NCBI GenBank assembly: GCA_002269645.1
Contig: NIVC01000032.1
Location: 1,116,001-1,180,000, forward strand
From: Macrostomum lignano
Lineage: Eukaryota
Direction of reading: 5' to 3'
DNA: 64,000 bases
The position numbers were made by a program, and so were the translations under genes. The notes under the pieces were generated by a model, which was not told where the DNA came from, did no database searches, and saw only the letters and a list, made by a program, of their open reading frames with translations. The number at the start of each line of letters is the position of its first letter. Within the stretch, counting starts at the first letter, position 1. Positions 35,791 to 49,308 of the stretch are shown here, piece after piece.

Positions 35791-36294
35791 ATGTGAAAAA
35801 TTTTGTCCCAGAAGCCCCCTCATGCATTCTACTGAATTTTGTTGAAGGCTCTAACAGTGTGCTAAGACGTTTTAAGAGCGTTTGAATTTCAAAAATTACA
35901 ATCTGTGTTGAATTATAAGTTAACTTGTTAATATGCTACTTTTCATTTTATTTAAAAGCATTTCTATTACTAATTACTTGCTATTTTATACCGGTAAGAA
36001 ATTGAAACAAATACAAACTGCCAAATTAATATGCATAACCAATATTTCTTTTGTTGTTTTTTTTTGTTACGTGACTTATGGTATAAGTAATTATTATTAG
36101 TCTATGTGAATGAAAAATATAGCTAATTTAAAATAGACCTAATTTAAGGAGACAGTTTATTACATCCCATGCAGTATTGATTTTAGTTCAATTTATTGAC
36201 TGCATGATTCGCCTTAAAAGCATCATTGTCAACTTCTAATTAATGCACAATTAACGCAGTATTTACGTCGTATATAAAAAATAATAAAGACATC

Positions 36295-39200
36295 ATGTCG
36301 GCAGAGACTGAAGAATCAGCAATAATCTTGCAAACGGAAACGGAAACATCAGATATAAATCAAAATAGCATCGTTACGGACGCACCAGCGCCATTAATTA
36401 GTTATTCATCATCGGCGCAAATTGTCCGACAGCCTCCTCCAAGACCGCCGCCTCCGCAGATTAGTTCGAATAGGGAATCGAAGCCGGACTTAATGCAAGA
36501 TTCGAACCCAGACATGATGCAAGATTCGAACCCAGGCTTGATGCAAGATTCGAACCCAGACATGACACAAGATTCGAACCCAGGCATACATGTAATGCAA
36601 GATTCGAACCCAGGGTTGATGCAAGATTCGAACCCAGGCTTGATGCAAGATCCAAACCAAGGCATGACACAAGATTCAAACCCAAGCATGATACAAGATT
36701 CGAACCTGGGTTTTACTGAAGATTCAAACCCTGATCCAAATCGAGCTCCTAGCTCGAACCAATCGTCCGAGTCTTATAGAAAGCGTTCAGGTGCGCATCT
36801 TTGGGCAGCGGTTAGCAACAGTTTGTCAGAGATTCGTCACAAAGCCGATCGTCTGCTTGGCGATTCATCGTCGCAGTCCAGAGGGAGTGCAGAGCCACAG
36901 CCGCTCACTGACATTGTCCCGGTGCGTCCGACGCTTGAGCAGCTTTGTGACTGCACTCAGCCGCCTGTGGTGCTAGTTCACGGTCTATTTGGCTTTGGGC
37001 CCGACGAGATGCTCACACCGAAAGGTCGAGTGCACTATTGGGAGACTGCGATTGATCGGGACACAAATTTTCACGGCCTGCTAGTATTGGAAGCATCGGT
37101 TGGTCCAATTAGTTCTTATCACGATCGAGCTTGTGAATTGTTCGCCCAGATTGTCGGCTGTCGGGTTGATTATGGAGAGCAGCACAGTTTGACTCACCGG
37201 CACGATAGGTGAGCGGGTGGCTTATAGTGCTTGTTGACTGAGAACTCAGTCTAAGTAAGCAACTTTGCACTGACTGGCTGTATGTAGGACTGCACGCGGC
37301 ACTTTATAGAGCTAATGGGGACTGAATTAAAGTTACAAAAGAAAAGAAACTAAAGTTACAGATACAGACAACAGACAGACACCGCTTCCACCAATGTAAT
37401 AGCCGAGAATGTAAGACAAAATAAACGAAGCATATTTGGCATTAATGATCAATGGCATTCAATTTATAAAATGTCGACTATAGAATTACGAATTAGAATA
37501 TAAATGACTCGCCCCTGAGGGGCAGAGGTTAAAACGTACATAGCCACATATACAAAAAGCACGTGACCAACTAAAGGAATAACAAACAAGTGCAAAGGCC
37601 CAACCTCACACGCAAACATCACACCACATACAGACAGATAGAAGACAGACGGACATCCAGGACACTCCGCGATCGACGGGAAAATGCTTTAGATTTTGCA
37701 TACAGTTGTTCACCCCTTCGGAAAAGCAAAGCATACGCAGTATCAAATAGACATAAAAGAAACCTCTTATGTCTTTCGCACAACTGGTACAGATACGGTC
37801 GCGACTTCTCCGACAAGCCGCTATATCCCTGGTGGAGCGAGGACCGACCGTTGCACTTTGTGGGTCACTCGGCTGGCGGTAATACAATTCGCCAACTGCA
37901 GCACCTGCTCCAATTGGACTTCTGGGATCGGGGTACGAATGCATCGTGGGTGAAATCAGTCACCTGCATTATGGCGCCAATGAACGGTTCAACGGCGTCT
38001 TATTTAGCCGGTTGCAATGTTGAAACCGGCCTATTTGGACTGTCCAATATTGTACCTTTAATTAGCATGGTTGATACTCTTGGCGCGGCGTTTGGATTTC
38101 CCGTTAATGAGAGACGGCGTATGTTGTTATGGAAATTGGAGCACTTTAATATTAGCCAAGTGAGTCTGCTATTTTAATGCTCTAGACATGAGCTACCATT
38201 CTTCGCTTACCTGTCTTAATCCGGTATTGTTGTGTCCTTGTTTCACTCGGTTATTTGGTCACTCACTTCTTCTGTCACTGTGTCTTATGTTCTTCTTTGT
38301 GTTATTATATCACTCCTGGAGTCTTGCTTCCACTTAGTGTAGAATCTGTTTACAATTACTGCACCGTTAGTCGAAGCCAGTTCTCTTGAACCGACACACT
38401 ATCCGCAGAGCGATTTTTCCGATTTCAATCGGTTACGACAGCGCATGTCGGAAAGCGGTTTCCTACTAGGAGAAGACAATCTAGCCTACGATTTAACGTT
38501 GCAATCATGCGAAAGGTTCAACGCTCTGGTGCCTGATTTTCCGAATACTTATTATCTGAGCTATACTGCGTCTTGCTCTACGTATACACAGGTGACTACT
38601 TATAGGGATATTTGTTGTTGGTTCGTGTGCAGCCTTCTTACTTAACACGAGACCCCGACAAGCCCTTCGATCTCATCCGTCATTTACCCCCAAACCCCTG
38701 TCGTTTACCTCCTCAACCAATGTCATTTACCCTCAGCCAATGTCATTTACCCTCCTCATCCCTGTCACTATTTATCCGCATCCCCTGTCGTTTACCCTCC
38801 TCACACTATCATTCAGTCCAAATGTCATTGTCGTGACTGTACAACCAGCCCAATATTCCACGCCCTAATCGCAGGTGAAGACCTTCATGGCCGGGCCTTA
38901 CCTGTATATGCGGAATCGCAAATTTTCCGCCATGCCCCCCGGCTGGTCCTGGTCACGTGACTGGCAAATTAGCGACGGTTTAGTGCCGCTAGCGAGTCAA
39001 ATGTCGCCTTCTGGCCCTCTGCCTAGGACAATGGTTTGTCTGTCCGTGCCGGAAGAATCCGCCGTGAACGCTGCTGACAAGTCTGGTGCGTTTTTGTTTT
39101 CACGTTATTTGTCTAGATTCTAGGTTGGAAGAAGTTTGAGGATCTTATCTTTTGCCAAAAAACTAATATTACTAAATTTACCCATCGATTTTTGAGGCTG

Positions 39201-39991
39201 TCTACGAGTCTCAGTTAATTTTTTAGACTGTTTTGCTGATTTGTGGTTCTCTAACTTTCATTTGGCAAGGCTCCCCCAGAATCAGTTGTTCTTATTACTA
39301 CTAAGTTTACTGAACCTATATTTTGAGGCTCTCTACGGGGTAAATTTGCTAGGTTATTTGAATTTATAGTGCTTTGTTTCACAGCTTTTAAATTTGCATG
39401 ACTGCCTGGAATATTAACAGTTTGATTAATTCTACGTTTTAACTTAACTTAAGGCTCTCTACGTTTAAATTGCTCAGCTGATTTGAGGCTCTCTACGTAG
39501 GCTTGATAAAAAAGTTTTCTAGATATTTGTTCAAGAGGCATCTGTTTAGTTTAAATAGCACGATTTATACTATGCTTAAGTCCGCTAATTTAAGGCTCTC
39601 TACGTTAGCTGGCTATCTAATTGAAATTATAATATTTAGGTCAATATGACTAAAACTTTTTACTATTTTAGCTAAATCTTCCACCAACAATGGCGAGCAC
39701 GATTCGGAAAAAATTCAACGAGGCATTTGGTACACCGAGTCAATCGCTTCAGTAGCACAATCTGTCACCAAGCACTGGGATCATTGCGACGTTATCTGTG
39801 CTCGCGGCCTTCTCTGGGAAGGCATCGTTGATCGTATTCCGGTTATTAGTAATGGCGCGCAGGCGCTGATGGGCTTGGGCAAACGACTTGGAAGATTACC
39901 CAAGGAGCGCAGCAGCCTTGCCAGGGTGTCTAAAGCCGAACAGAGGCGATTCTATGAGGCTCTCTACGCTAGACTTAGCCAACTAGAATGA
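36295..39991 (+). CDS. Alpha/beta-hydrolase lipase of the plant/fungal/Staphylococcus-Geobacillus type; exons 36295-37208, 37793-38159, 38409-38591, 38875-39085, 39672-39991 (664 aa)
   Basis: PVVLVHGLFGFG, SVGPISSYHDRACELFAQIVGCRVDYGEQHS, nucleophile HFVGHSAGG, APMNGST, DNLAYDLT, Asp motif DWQISDGLVPLASQ, His motif RGIWY...WDHCDVI. All junctions are GT-AG with consistent phases. Confidence 0.88.
36490..36740 (+). repeat. 27-bp coding minisatellite encoding (MQDSNPGL/DM) about 9 times in the lipase N-terminus
   Basis: ATGCAAGATTCGAACCCAG.. tandem units in frame. Confidence 0.9.
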
Positions 39992-40789
39992 TTGATTGTT
40001 TTATTAGACTACGGTGTGTTGGGGCTGTCGGTTATTTCTCTTGGGGTATAGAAGGTTCTCAACGTAAAGTCAAGCTAATTAGAATAGCTTTTGATGAGTA
40101 ATGACGCAATGAGGCTCTCTAGGCAACGCTTAGTTTACAGAAAGAAATTTTATGATTTTAGACTAGAGATCAAAGTTTCCGATACAGATACAGGTACATA
40201 AGGCTCTCTACGCTAAGCTTGGCCAATTAGAGTAACTTGTCAAAGTCCTGAAGAGCTCCTATCGTTTCATCTGTAAAGCATGGGCATCAGTCGCTCATTT
40301 TGTTGTTTTTCAAAGTTTTTTTGTAACTTGAAGTGAAGGCAAACAGTTTTGAATAGTATTTATTCAGCGTAACATGCCATTGCAATATTATTTTGTTGTT
40401 TATCTAAAAACAGGCGATTTTAACAGGACTATGTTTTTTTGCTCATGAGAAACTCTTTCAGAAAATTCATATATTATACTCACGGAACTTGATCCTTTTT
40501 TGCTCTTTGTATTTTCTGCTACAAAAATTTGAACAAAAAACTATTTTTTTCAGTAGAAATTGGTGCCGTGATTTTTTATATAACTGTGACAGTCTCCTCA
40601 TTATTCATTTATGCAGCTAGTATTCCCTTTAATCTGTGTTGGTTTTGCCTTCTTTTTTAATATTTAAGTCAATTACAGATAAATCGTTTTTCAAAAAAAT
40701 TATTATCGCATAAAAATATTATTATTCAATTCTATTTTCCTAAAATTGAATTTTTCATTTGTTATTATCTGCGAATACATAGATAAAGA

Positions 40790-41430
<641 letters not shown>

Positions 41431-41578
41431 TTATTTAGTGAATCAAACACACCGGTAAACAAACAACCTTTTGTTTCATGATTTATGCTTTCAGGCATTA
41501 AAGAGACCAGTCGCAACAGAAGTAGAACATAAATTCAAGTTTGCTTGTCGTAATAAAAAAGATCTAAGCAACGTTGCC

Positions 41579-43242
41579 ATGGTAATGATGAAAAAGAAGC
41601 AGCAGCAAGGCAAAGCCGGCGGCAAGAAGTCGCCGAACCCAAAGGCCCAGCCATTTCCGTCGCCTAAGAAGGCTGCGGCACCTCTGGCCGCTGCAGATTC
41701 CGACGAGAGCGACTCGGACTCGGATAATGCGACAGTCATGCAGCCTAAGGTTGTGCAGTCGCCAGGCAAGCCAAAGCAGTCTCCAGTTGCTAAGCAACCA
41801 GCGCAGCAGCTTATGGACGTCGACGATAGCGATAGCGACGACTCTGATGATGCGCCTGCGCCCACTCCAAAGAAGTCACCCATTGTTGCTAAGGGACAGA
41901 CGCCGGCCGGTAAGAAACAGACACCGATTGCTAAGCAACAGACTCCGGTTGCTAAGCAACAGACGCCGGCTGGTAAGAAGCAGACACCAGTTGCTAAGCA
42001 ACAGACTCCGGTCGCTAAGCCACAGACTCCGGTTGCTAAGCAACAGACTCCGGTTGCTAAGCAACAGGCGCTGGCTGGTAAGAAGCAGACTCCGGTTGCT
42101 AAGCAACAGACTCCCGTAAGTAAAAAGCAGATCATACCGAATGAAGACGATGACGACTCAGACGACGATGAAGAAGATGACGATGAGGATGATGATTCGG
42201 AAGAGGAGCCGGTTGCTAAGCAACAGAAAGTCATTAAGGTGCCGGTTGGCAAGCAGAAAGATTCGGCCGAATCTGATGAAGATGATGACGAATCTGACGA
42301 AGAAGACGAGGAAGAAGAAGATTCGGAAGAAGAAGAGCAGCAGCTGCCAGCAGCTAAGAAGCAGAAATTTCCAGCTAATAATGACGAAGACGACTCTGAT
42401 GAGGACGATGAAGAAGATTCTGAAGAATCTGATGAAGAAGAAGCAGCTGAGAACTACTCGAAGCCGACCAAAGCTGTAACCAACGGCGCCGAAGTGCCAG
42501 TTGCCAAGGCAACGCAGTATCTGTTGCTAGGCAATTTAGAGGCTCACACAAGCGTGTCGGATTTAAAGAACTACCTGAGCAGGCGAGGCGTACCATACGT
42601 TAGCGCTGCCGTTCTCGACTCTCCCGTAGCCATCCTGGGCTTGTCAACCGCCCAGGACGCCGCGTCGGCTCTGGCCAAATGCCAAGGCGCCGCCTATAAA
42701 AGTCGCCAATTGGCCGCCTGCCAACTGGCTGGGAAGCCTGACCTACTGCTGCAACAGACTGGCAGTAGCCCGTTGCCAGGCAACACGGACAATGCCGCTC
42801 TGTTCGTGTCGAATCTGCCAGCTGAAATGAACGACTCGTCGCTGACCAGTCTGGTGAAATCCAAACTTGGCGGCCGAGCTGACGAGCTTCTGTCTGCTCA
42901 ACTGCTGGTTAAGAAAGGCTCGGGCAATGCGCACAGGGGCCAGGCCATTGTCCGGCTGGCTGGGACCGCCGCAGCTCAGACTCTGCTGGAGAGTCTGTCC
43001 GGTCACCTGCTGGCTGGCAAGCCTGTCAAGGCCAGCTATTATGTTGGCAAGGCTGAGCAGGCCAAGGCCGCTGCTAGTAACAAGGAGGGCAAGCAGGACA
43101 CTGCTAAGGTGGGCTGGGGGTGTCTGTTGTCTGTGTGTCCGTTTGTCTGTCTTAGTGTCTGTTTTTCTGTCCTGTTTGTCTGTCTGTCTGTATTTTTGTC
43201 TTAGTGTCTGTTTTTCTGTCCTGTCTGTCTGTCTGTTTTTTG

Positions 43243-43285
<43 letters not shown>

Positions 43286-43329
43286 TTATCTGTCTGTCTA
43301 TCTGTCTGTCTGTCTGTCTCTATTTATGC

Positions 43330-43395
<66 letters not shown>

Positions 43396-44937
43396 TAGTG
43401 TCTGTCTTAGTGTCTGTCTGCCTGTCTGCCTGTCTGTCTGTCCGTCTATCTGTCTGTCTAATTATTGGCATGCCGACTTACTGCAACCTCCGCCTCTTCG
43501 CCTGCAGCTCATCAATTGTCGCTCTTGATTTTTGCCGCATTTCTTGTTTTGTAACATTGAACTATGCCCACCTAACCCTCCTCTGTCTATAGACAACACA
43601 GAAGTCCTCGTCGCCAGCAAACAAAGCTTCTGACCAGTCGGATTTGCGCGGCCAGACTCGCACCCTGATGCTCACCAACTTGCCAGCCGAGGCCTGCGGT
43701 CGCGACTCGGACAGTATTCGAACCGCTTTCCCTGGCGGAGTTCGCTACTCTGCCAAAGCTCGGCCCGGTCAAGAATTCGGCGCCTGTTTTGTGGAATTCG
43801 AATCTGAGCAGGCCTGCTCGGATGCGTTCGATCGATTCGGCTCGGCCAGTAAGATGAACGGCCGCGAGATTGGAATTCGATTTGCACCGCAGAGACAGTT
43901 GCCAGGCAACTCGAACAAGCCTCAGACTAAAACTATTGGCGTGTTTAATCTGCCGTTTAGCGCTACAACAGACTCGCTGCGAGAGCACTTTCCCGAGGCT
44001 AGCGACATGTTCATCCCCAAGGATCAGGATGGACGCAGCAAGGGATTCGCTATTGTCACCTTTGAGACCGTAAGCTACCAGTTTTGAGTCTGCCTCACCT
44101 GTCTGGGATAGAGTCTGTCTCTCGTACCTGTCTGGGAGAGTATGTCTCTCGTACCTGTCTGGGAGAGTATGTCTGTCGTACCTGTCTGGGAGAGTCTGTC
44201 TCTCGTACCTGTCTGGGAGAGTCTGTCTCTCGTACCTGTCTGGGAGAGTATGTCTCTCGTACCTGTCTGGGAGAGTATGTCTCTCGTACCTGTCTGGGAG
44301 AGTCTGTCTCGTACCTGTCTGGGAGAGTCTGTCTCTCGCCTCTCCTCAGCCCTAGAACTCTAGCATAATGTCAATCTTTTTGCTTTTAAAAAATTGTAGA
44401 CTTTTTTACTCCAGTCAAAACTTCTCAATATTGCACTTGACCTAGAACTATAAAAAACAGGCTCACTTTCTAGTTCTGTATATTGAACCCTATCAGGACG
44501 AAGCAGCCACCAAAGCGATGTCGGACAACGCTTCGCTGTCTCTAGACGGGCGTCAGATCCGGTTGGAATATCGCGAGGAGCGACCGCCCAGGGAGGGCGG
44601 CGGCCGCGGCGGCGGCTTTGGAGGTCGCGGGGGAGGTCGCGGCGGCTTCGGTGACCGGGGAGGCGGTCGAGGAGGTCGCGGCGGCTTCGGTGACCGGGGA
44701 GGCGGTCGAGGAGGTCGCGGCGGTCGCGGTGGCTTCGGCGGCTTCGGTGACCGGGGAGGCGGTCGAGGAGGTCGCGGTGGAGGCTTCGGCGACCGCGGAG
44801 GTCGCGGCGGCTTCGGGGGAGGCGGCAAACGTTTCGGCGGCGGCGAGGACGGAGCGCCGTACAACAAGAAGCCGCGAATGTCGACGGACACCGGCGATGG
44901 CAATAAAAGCAAGAAGTTCGATTCCGATTCTGATTAA
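41579..44937 (+). CDS. NCL: Nucleolin; exons 41579-43108, 43593-44069, 44497-44937 (815 aa)
   Basis: Basic/acidic N-terminus with KQQTPVA repeats and D/E tracts, four RRM-like domains (YLLLGNL, LFVSNLP, LMLTNLP...ACFVEFES, IGVFNLP...KGFAIVTFET), C-terminal RGG/FGGRGG domain; phase-0 GT-AG introns. Confidence 0.92.
43130..43460 (+). repeat. (TCTG)n microsatellite in nucleolin intron 1
   Basis: Directly visible. Confidence 0.95.
44085..44340 (+). repeat. 27-bp minisatellite (TGTCTCTCGTACCTGTCTGGGAGAGTA/C) in nucleolin intron 2
   Basis: About 9 tandem units. Confidence 0.93.
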
Positions 44938-45530
44938 ATGATCGTTCGAAAGTGATGCGGTCGTCACTATTCACTAATATAAAATCGCGTTAGAAAGTCT
45001 TGTTTTAAACAAAAATAATCGTGTTGTTTTTTTTTAAAAATTGCATTTGACAATTCAAAAATGAACTAAAAAGAAATAAGGACTACTGTTTCTCTCCATC
45101 TCTTTGTGGTCGGTTGTTAGGGTGTGATTTCTGCGCATTTTAAGCTGAGTAACCCCTTGTGTACTCGTATTATGAATTGTATTGTTTCGCGTTCGAATAA
45201 TCTTGTCGATCATCTGTCTGTCGATCACTGATTGCACTTTAATAAAACAGCAAGCAAACAACAAGACCAATCTAGGTCTGAAGCTGATTTTGGATAAAAT
45301 TGTGTTTTTTCTTGGATTTTCTTTCTTGGAAAAGCATAATTCCATTGGAGCACTGAGCATACGAGCTACTGACAGCAAATAGACAGAATTCAGAGACACA
45401 GGCTCTGCCTAATCCAGAATGTGCTGCGTCTTATTCATCGCCATTGATTTATATATTTATGCAGGCTTCCTAGCCTCATCACAGGCCTAGCAACTCCAAT
45501 TAAAGCAAGTCTTCTTCAAGTGCCAACAAG

Positions 45531-47142
45531 ATGCCGATGAAACTGGCTATCCTGGGAGCCACGGGCCCCACCGGGTTGCTGCTGGTAGACCAGGCTCTCG
45601 CCAGGGGCCACCAGGTGGTCGCTGTGGTCCGCAGCCCGGATAAGCTGGGCTCTGACAGGCTGACACAGCCTGGCCTGACAGTCAAACAGGTGCCTGACAT
45701 GTCGGCTGCCGCTGGAGAGGCCGAGCAGAAACTGCTGGCTGAGGCCTTCGAGGGTATGTGGCTCAGCTTCTTCCCGACTAGCTGGATTCTTCCTAACACT
45801 AAGGGGATTCTTCCCAAGAATAAGGGGATTCTTTCCAAGACTAAAAAGGATTCTTCCCAACACTAAAAGGGATTCTTCCCAAGACTAAGGGATTCTTCCC
45901 AGCACTAAGAGGGATTCTTCCAAATTCTAAGAACTATTCTTCCCTACTTTAAGAAGGATTCTTCCCAACTCTAAGAAGGATTCTTTTCAACTCTAAGAGG
46001 GATTCTTCCCAACTCTAAGAAGGATTCTTTTCAACTCTAAGAGGGATTCTTCCCAACTCTAAGAAGGATTCTTCCTAACACTAAAAGGGATTCTTCCCAA
46101 CTCTAAGAGGAGGGATTCTTCCCAGCACTAAAAAGGATTCTTCCCAGCACTAAAAGGAATTCTTCCCAACTCTAAGAGGGATTCTTCCCGACTCTAAGAA
46201 GGATTCTTCCCAACTCTAAGAAGGATTCTTCCTAACTCTATGAGGGATTCTTCCCAGCGCTAAGAGGGATTCTTCCCAACACTAAAAAAGATTTTTCCCA
46301 ACTCTAAGAGGAGGGATTCTTCCCAACTCTAAGAGGAGGGGTTCTTCCCAGCACTAAAAGGGATTCTTCCCAACTCTAAGAAGGATTCTTCCCAATTCTA
46401 AGAGAGATTCTTCCCAATTCTAAGAGGGATTCTTCACAACTGTAAAAGGGATTCTTCCCAACTCTAAGAAGGATTCTTCCCTACACTAAGAAGGATTCTT
46501 CCCAACTCTAAGAAGAGTTCTTCCCAACTCTAAGAAGCCAAAGGCGTAGCGCCAGGGTGTCCAACAGCCCAAACTAATTTTATTTGCAGTACACGTATCA
46601 GTTGTTGAAAAAATCACTAAGTTACTGTTTATCTACTGTCAGTAATATACTTGACGTTTTATCAACTCTTCACATCCGCAGGTTGCGACGCGGTTCTGTC
46701 AGCCCTGGGCGCTCCGGGCAGCATGTTCCGCATCGACCTGATGACGGACGCTGTGCCAGCAATTGTGGCAGCCATGCGATCAGCCAAGGTGTCCCGGTTT
46801 ATCCTGCTGACAGCCCAGTGCACCGTCTACCGTCCCGAGCACCCGAAGCTGGTCGAATGGCTGGTAAAGCCGCTGTTTATTGGTCGGAATCTGGCGGACT
46901 TCTGGCGTGCCGAGTGTCACCTGACTGAGCAGTGCTCCGACATCAACTTCACCGTGGTGAAGCCGCCCCGTTTAACCAATGAGCCGCTGGACGAGCAGCG
47001 AGAGGTGAAGGCTGCCGAAGGTCAGTTCGTGCCCGAAGGTACTGACAGGCGAATTTCCAGGGCCAACGTGGCCAAGTTTATGCTGGACTGTGCGGAGTCT
47101 GATGAAGCCTGGTCCAAGAAGCTGGTGGCTATCCAGTTCTGA
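45531..47142 (+). CDS. BLVRB: BLVRB/flavin-reductase-like NAD(P)-binding protein, copy 1; exons 45531-45753, 46682-47142 (227 aa)
   Basis: Rossmann motif LAILGATGPTG, ALARGHQVVAVVRSP, GCDAVLSALG, INFTVVKPP, ISRANVAKFML; phase-1 intron. Confidence 0.85.
45780..46535 (+). repeat. 21-23 bp minisatellite (GGATTCTTCCCAACTCTAAGA) in the copy-1 intron
   Basis: More than 30 variant units; same family at 48300-48700 and 50515-50695. Confidence 0.93.
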
Positions 47143-48066
47143 ACAGTTTTTACGTCTTCTAGTAGGAAACATTTTCTACAGAAACAGTCAAATTTGATTT
47201 CCTGGTGCTTGATTTAATTATGCAATTTACAAATTTTGATTCCTTCAGAGTTTTCTCTACCAACGGAAATATTTTACATTGATGAAATATTTTGATCGAC
47301 TGATATTCTTTTAGCATAATTCATTGACAAAATGTTTTTTTTCTAATAAATTTATCTGCGAATTAAAGCAACATAAATTGATATTGTTGATTTGTTTACA
47401 CTTATTAAATCGATACAAAATTTCCTTTTATGTTGTGTTTCTTTTCTTTTGCTTTCATCAGAGCGTACGATTGACATTATTAGGGAAGTTTTAAGGAGTT
47501 TATTATTGCTTGATCATGGAGTTAAAATGAGGACATCTGGATTGGAAACTTATCGTTTATAACAAAAATTACTTAAGGCACATTGTCCAATAACCTGCAA
47601 TGTGAGGCAATTCTGCCCATCCCGCTAACTGCTGAACACACAAGCGCGCCCTCTGCGGCAGCACACGGAAACGAACCAGGGGGTCCCTGCGAGAGAGAGT
47701 TAAAACGCATTTAGCACTGAGCTGAGGCGCCAGCTCGCTACATAGCATGGAAATATCTGATTCATACGCTCATACACAAAAATAATGGATTGACGTGTAC
47801 ATATAACCTTTAACTTAATGTTCACACATTGTCATGGCTGACATTCTATTCACCGCTTAACCCTAAGCTGGAGTTGTCAGAGTTTTTCAAATCTAACATA
47901 CAATGGCTTTGAGTAAACCACCTGCTAATGTAAACTGATTGCTTAAACGCGGCCTCTGTGAATCAGCATGAGCTGTCGATTTTTCAGTGAAGCCACTGTT
48001 GCCTCGAGAAGTTCAATTAATAAAAGCAGCATATTAAAGCAAAAGTCTTCTTCAAGTGCCAACAAG

Positions 48067-49308
48067 ATGCCGATGAAGCTGGCCATCCTGGGAGCCACGG
48101 GCCCCACCGGGTTGCTGCTGGTAGACCAGGCACTCGCCAGGGGCCACCAGGTGGTCGCTGTGGTCCGCAGCCCGGATAAGCTGGGCTCTGACAGGCTGAC
48201 ACAGCCTGGCCTGACAGTCAAACAGGTGCCTGACATGTCGGCTGCGGCTGGAGAGGCCGAGCAGAAACTGCTGGCTGAGGCCTTCGAGGGTATGTTGCAC
48301 TAAGGGATCCCTGCACTAAGGGATTCTTCCGAACTCTAAGAGGAGGGATTCTTCCCAGCACTAAGAGGGATTCTTCCCAACTAAGAGGAGGGATTCTTCC
48401 CAGCACTAAAAGGGATTCTTCCCAACTGTAAGAGGGATTCTTCCCAACTCTAAGAGGGATTCTTCCCAACACTAAAAGGGATTCTTCCCAAGAATAAAAG
48501 GGATTCTTCCGAACTCTAAGAGGAGGGATTCTTCCCAGCACTAAGAGGGATTCTTCCCAACTAAGAGGATGGATTCTTCCCAACTCTAAGAGGGATTCTT
48601 CCCAACTCTAAGAGGGATTCTTCCCAACTCTAAGAAGGATTCTTCCCTACACTAAGAAGGATTCTTCCCAACTCTAAGAAGAGTTCTTCCCAACTCTAAG
48701 AAGCCAAAGGCGTAGCGCCAGGGTGTCCAACAGCCCAAACTAATTTTATTTGCAGTACACGTATCAGTTGTTGAAAAAATCACTAAGTTACTGTTTATCT
48801 ACTGTCAGTAATATACTTGACGTTTTATCAACTCTTCACATCCGCAGGTTGCGACGCGGTTCTGTCAGCCCTGGGCGCTCCGGGCAGCATGTTCCGCATC
48901 GACCTGATGACGGACGCTGTGCCAGCAATTGTGGCAGCCATGCGATCAGCCAAGGTGTCCCGGTTTATCCTGCTGACAGCCCAGTGCACCGTCTACCGTC
49001 CCGAGCACCCGAAGCTGGTCGAATGGCTGGTAAAGCCGCTGTTTATTGGTCGGAATCTGGCGGATTTCTGGCGCGCTGAGTGTCACCTGACTGAGCAGTG
49101 CTCCGACATCAACTTCACCGTGGTGAAGCCGCCCCGTTTAACCAATGAGCCGCTGGACGAGCAGCGAGAGGTGAAGGCTGCCGAAGGTCAGTTCGTGCCC
49201 GAAGGTACTGACAGGCGAATTTCCAGGGCCAACGTGGCCAAGTTCATGCTGGACTGTGCGGAGTCTGATGAAGCCTGGTCCAAGAAGCTGGTGGCTATCC
49301 AGTTCTGA
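48067..49308 (+). CDS. BLVRB: BLVRB-like copy 2; exons 48067-48289, 48848-49308 (227 aa, same protein as copy 1)
   Basis: Both exon translations are identical to copy 1 in the ORF track; only synonymous differences seen. Confidence 0.85.
48300..48700 (+). repeat. GGATTCTTCCCAACTCTAAGA minisatellite, copy-2 intron
   Basis: Tandem units. Confidence 0.9.

Noticed and set aside
43109-44496. Intronic snoRNAs in nucleolin, as in vertebrates
   Set aside because: No convincing C/D box pair or H/ACA structure seen; the introns are mostly satellite.
47645-47660. GCGCCCTCTGCGG as a CTCF-like insulator (repeated near 49830; similar motif near 34690)
   Set aside because: Imperfect match, duplicated simply with the tandem unit, and CTCF is reported absent from flatworms if that assignment is right.
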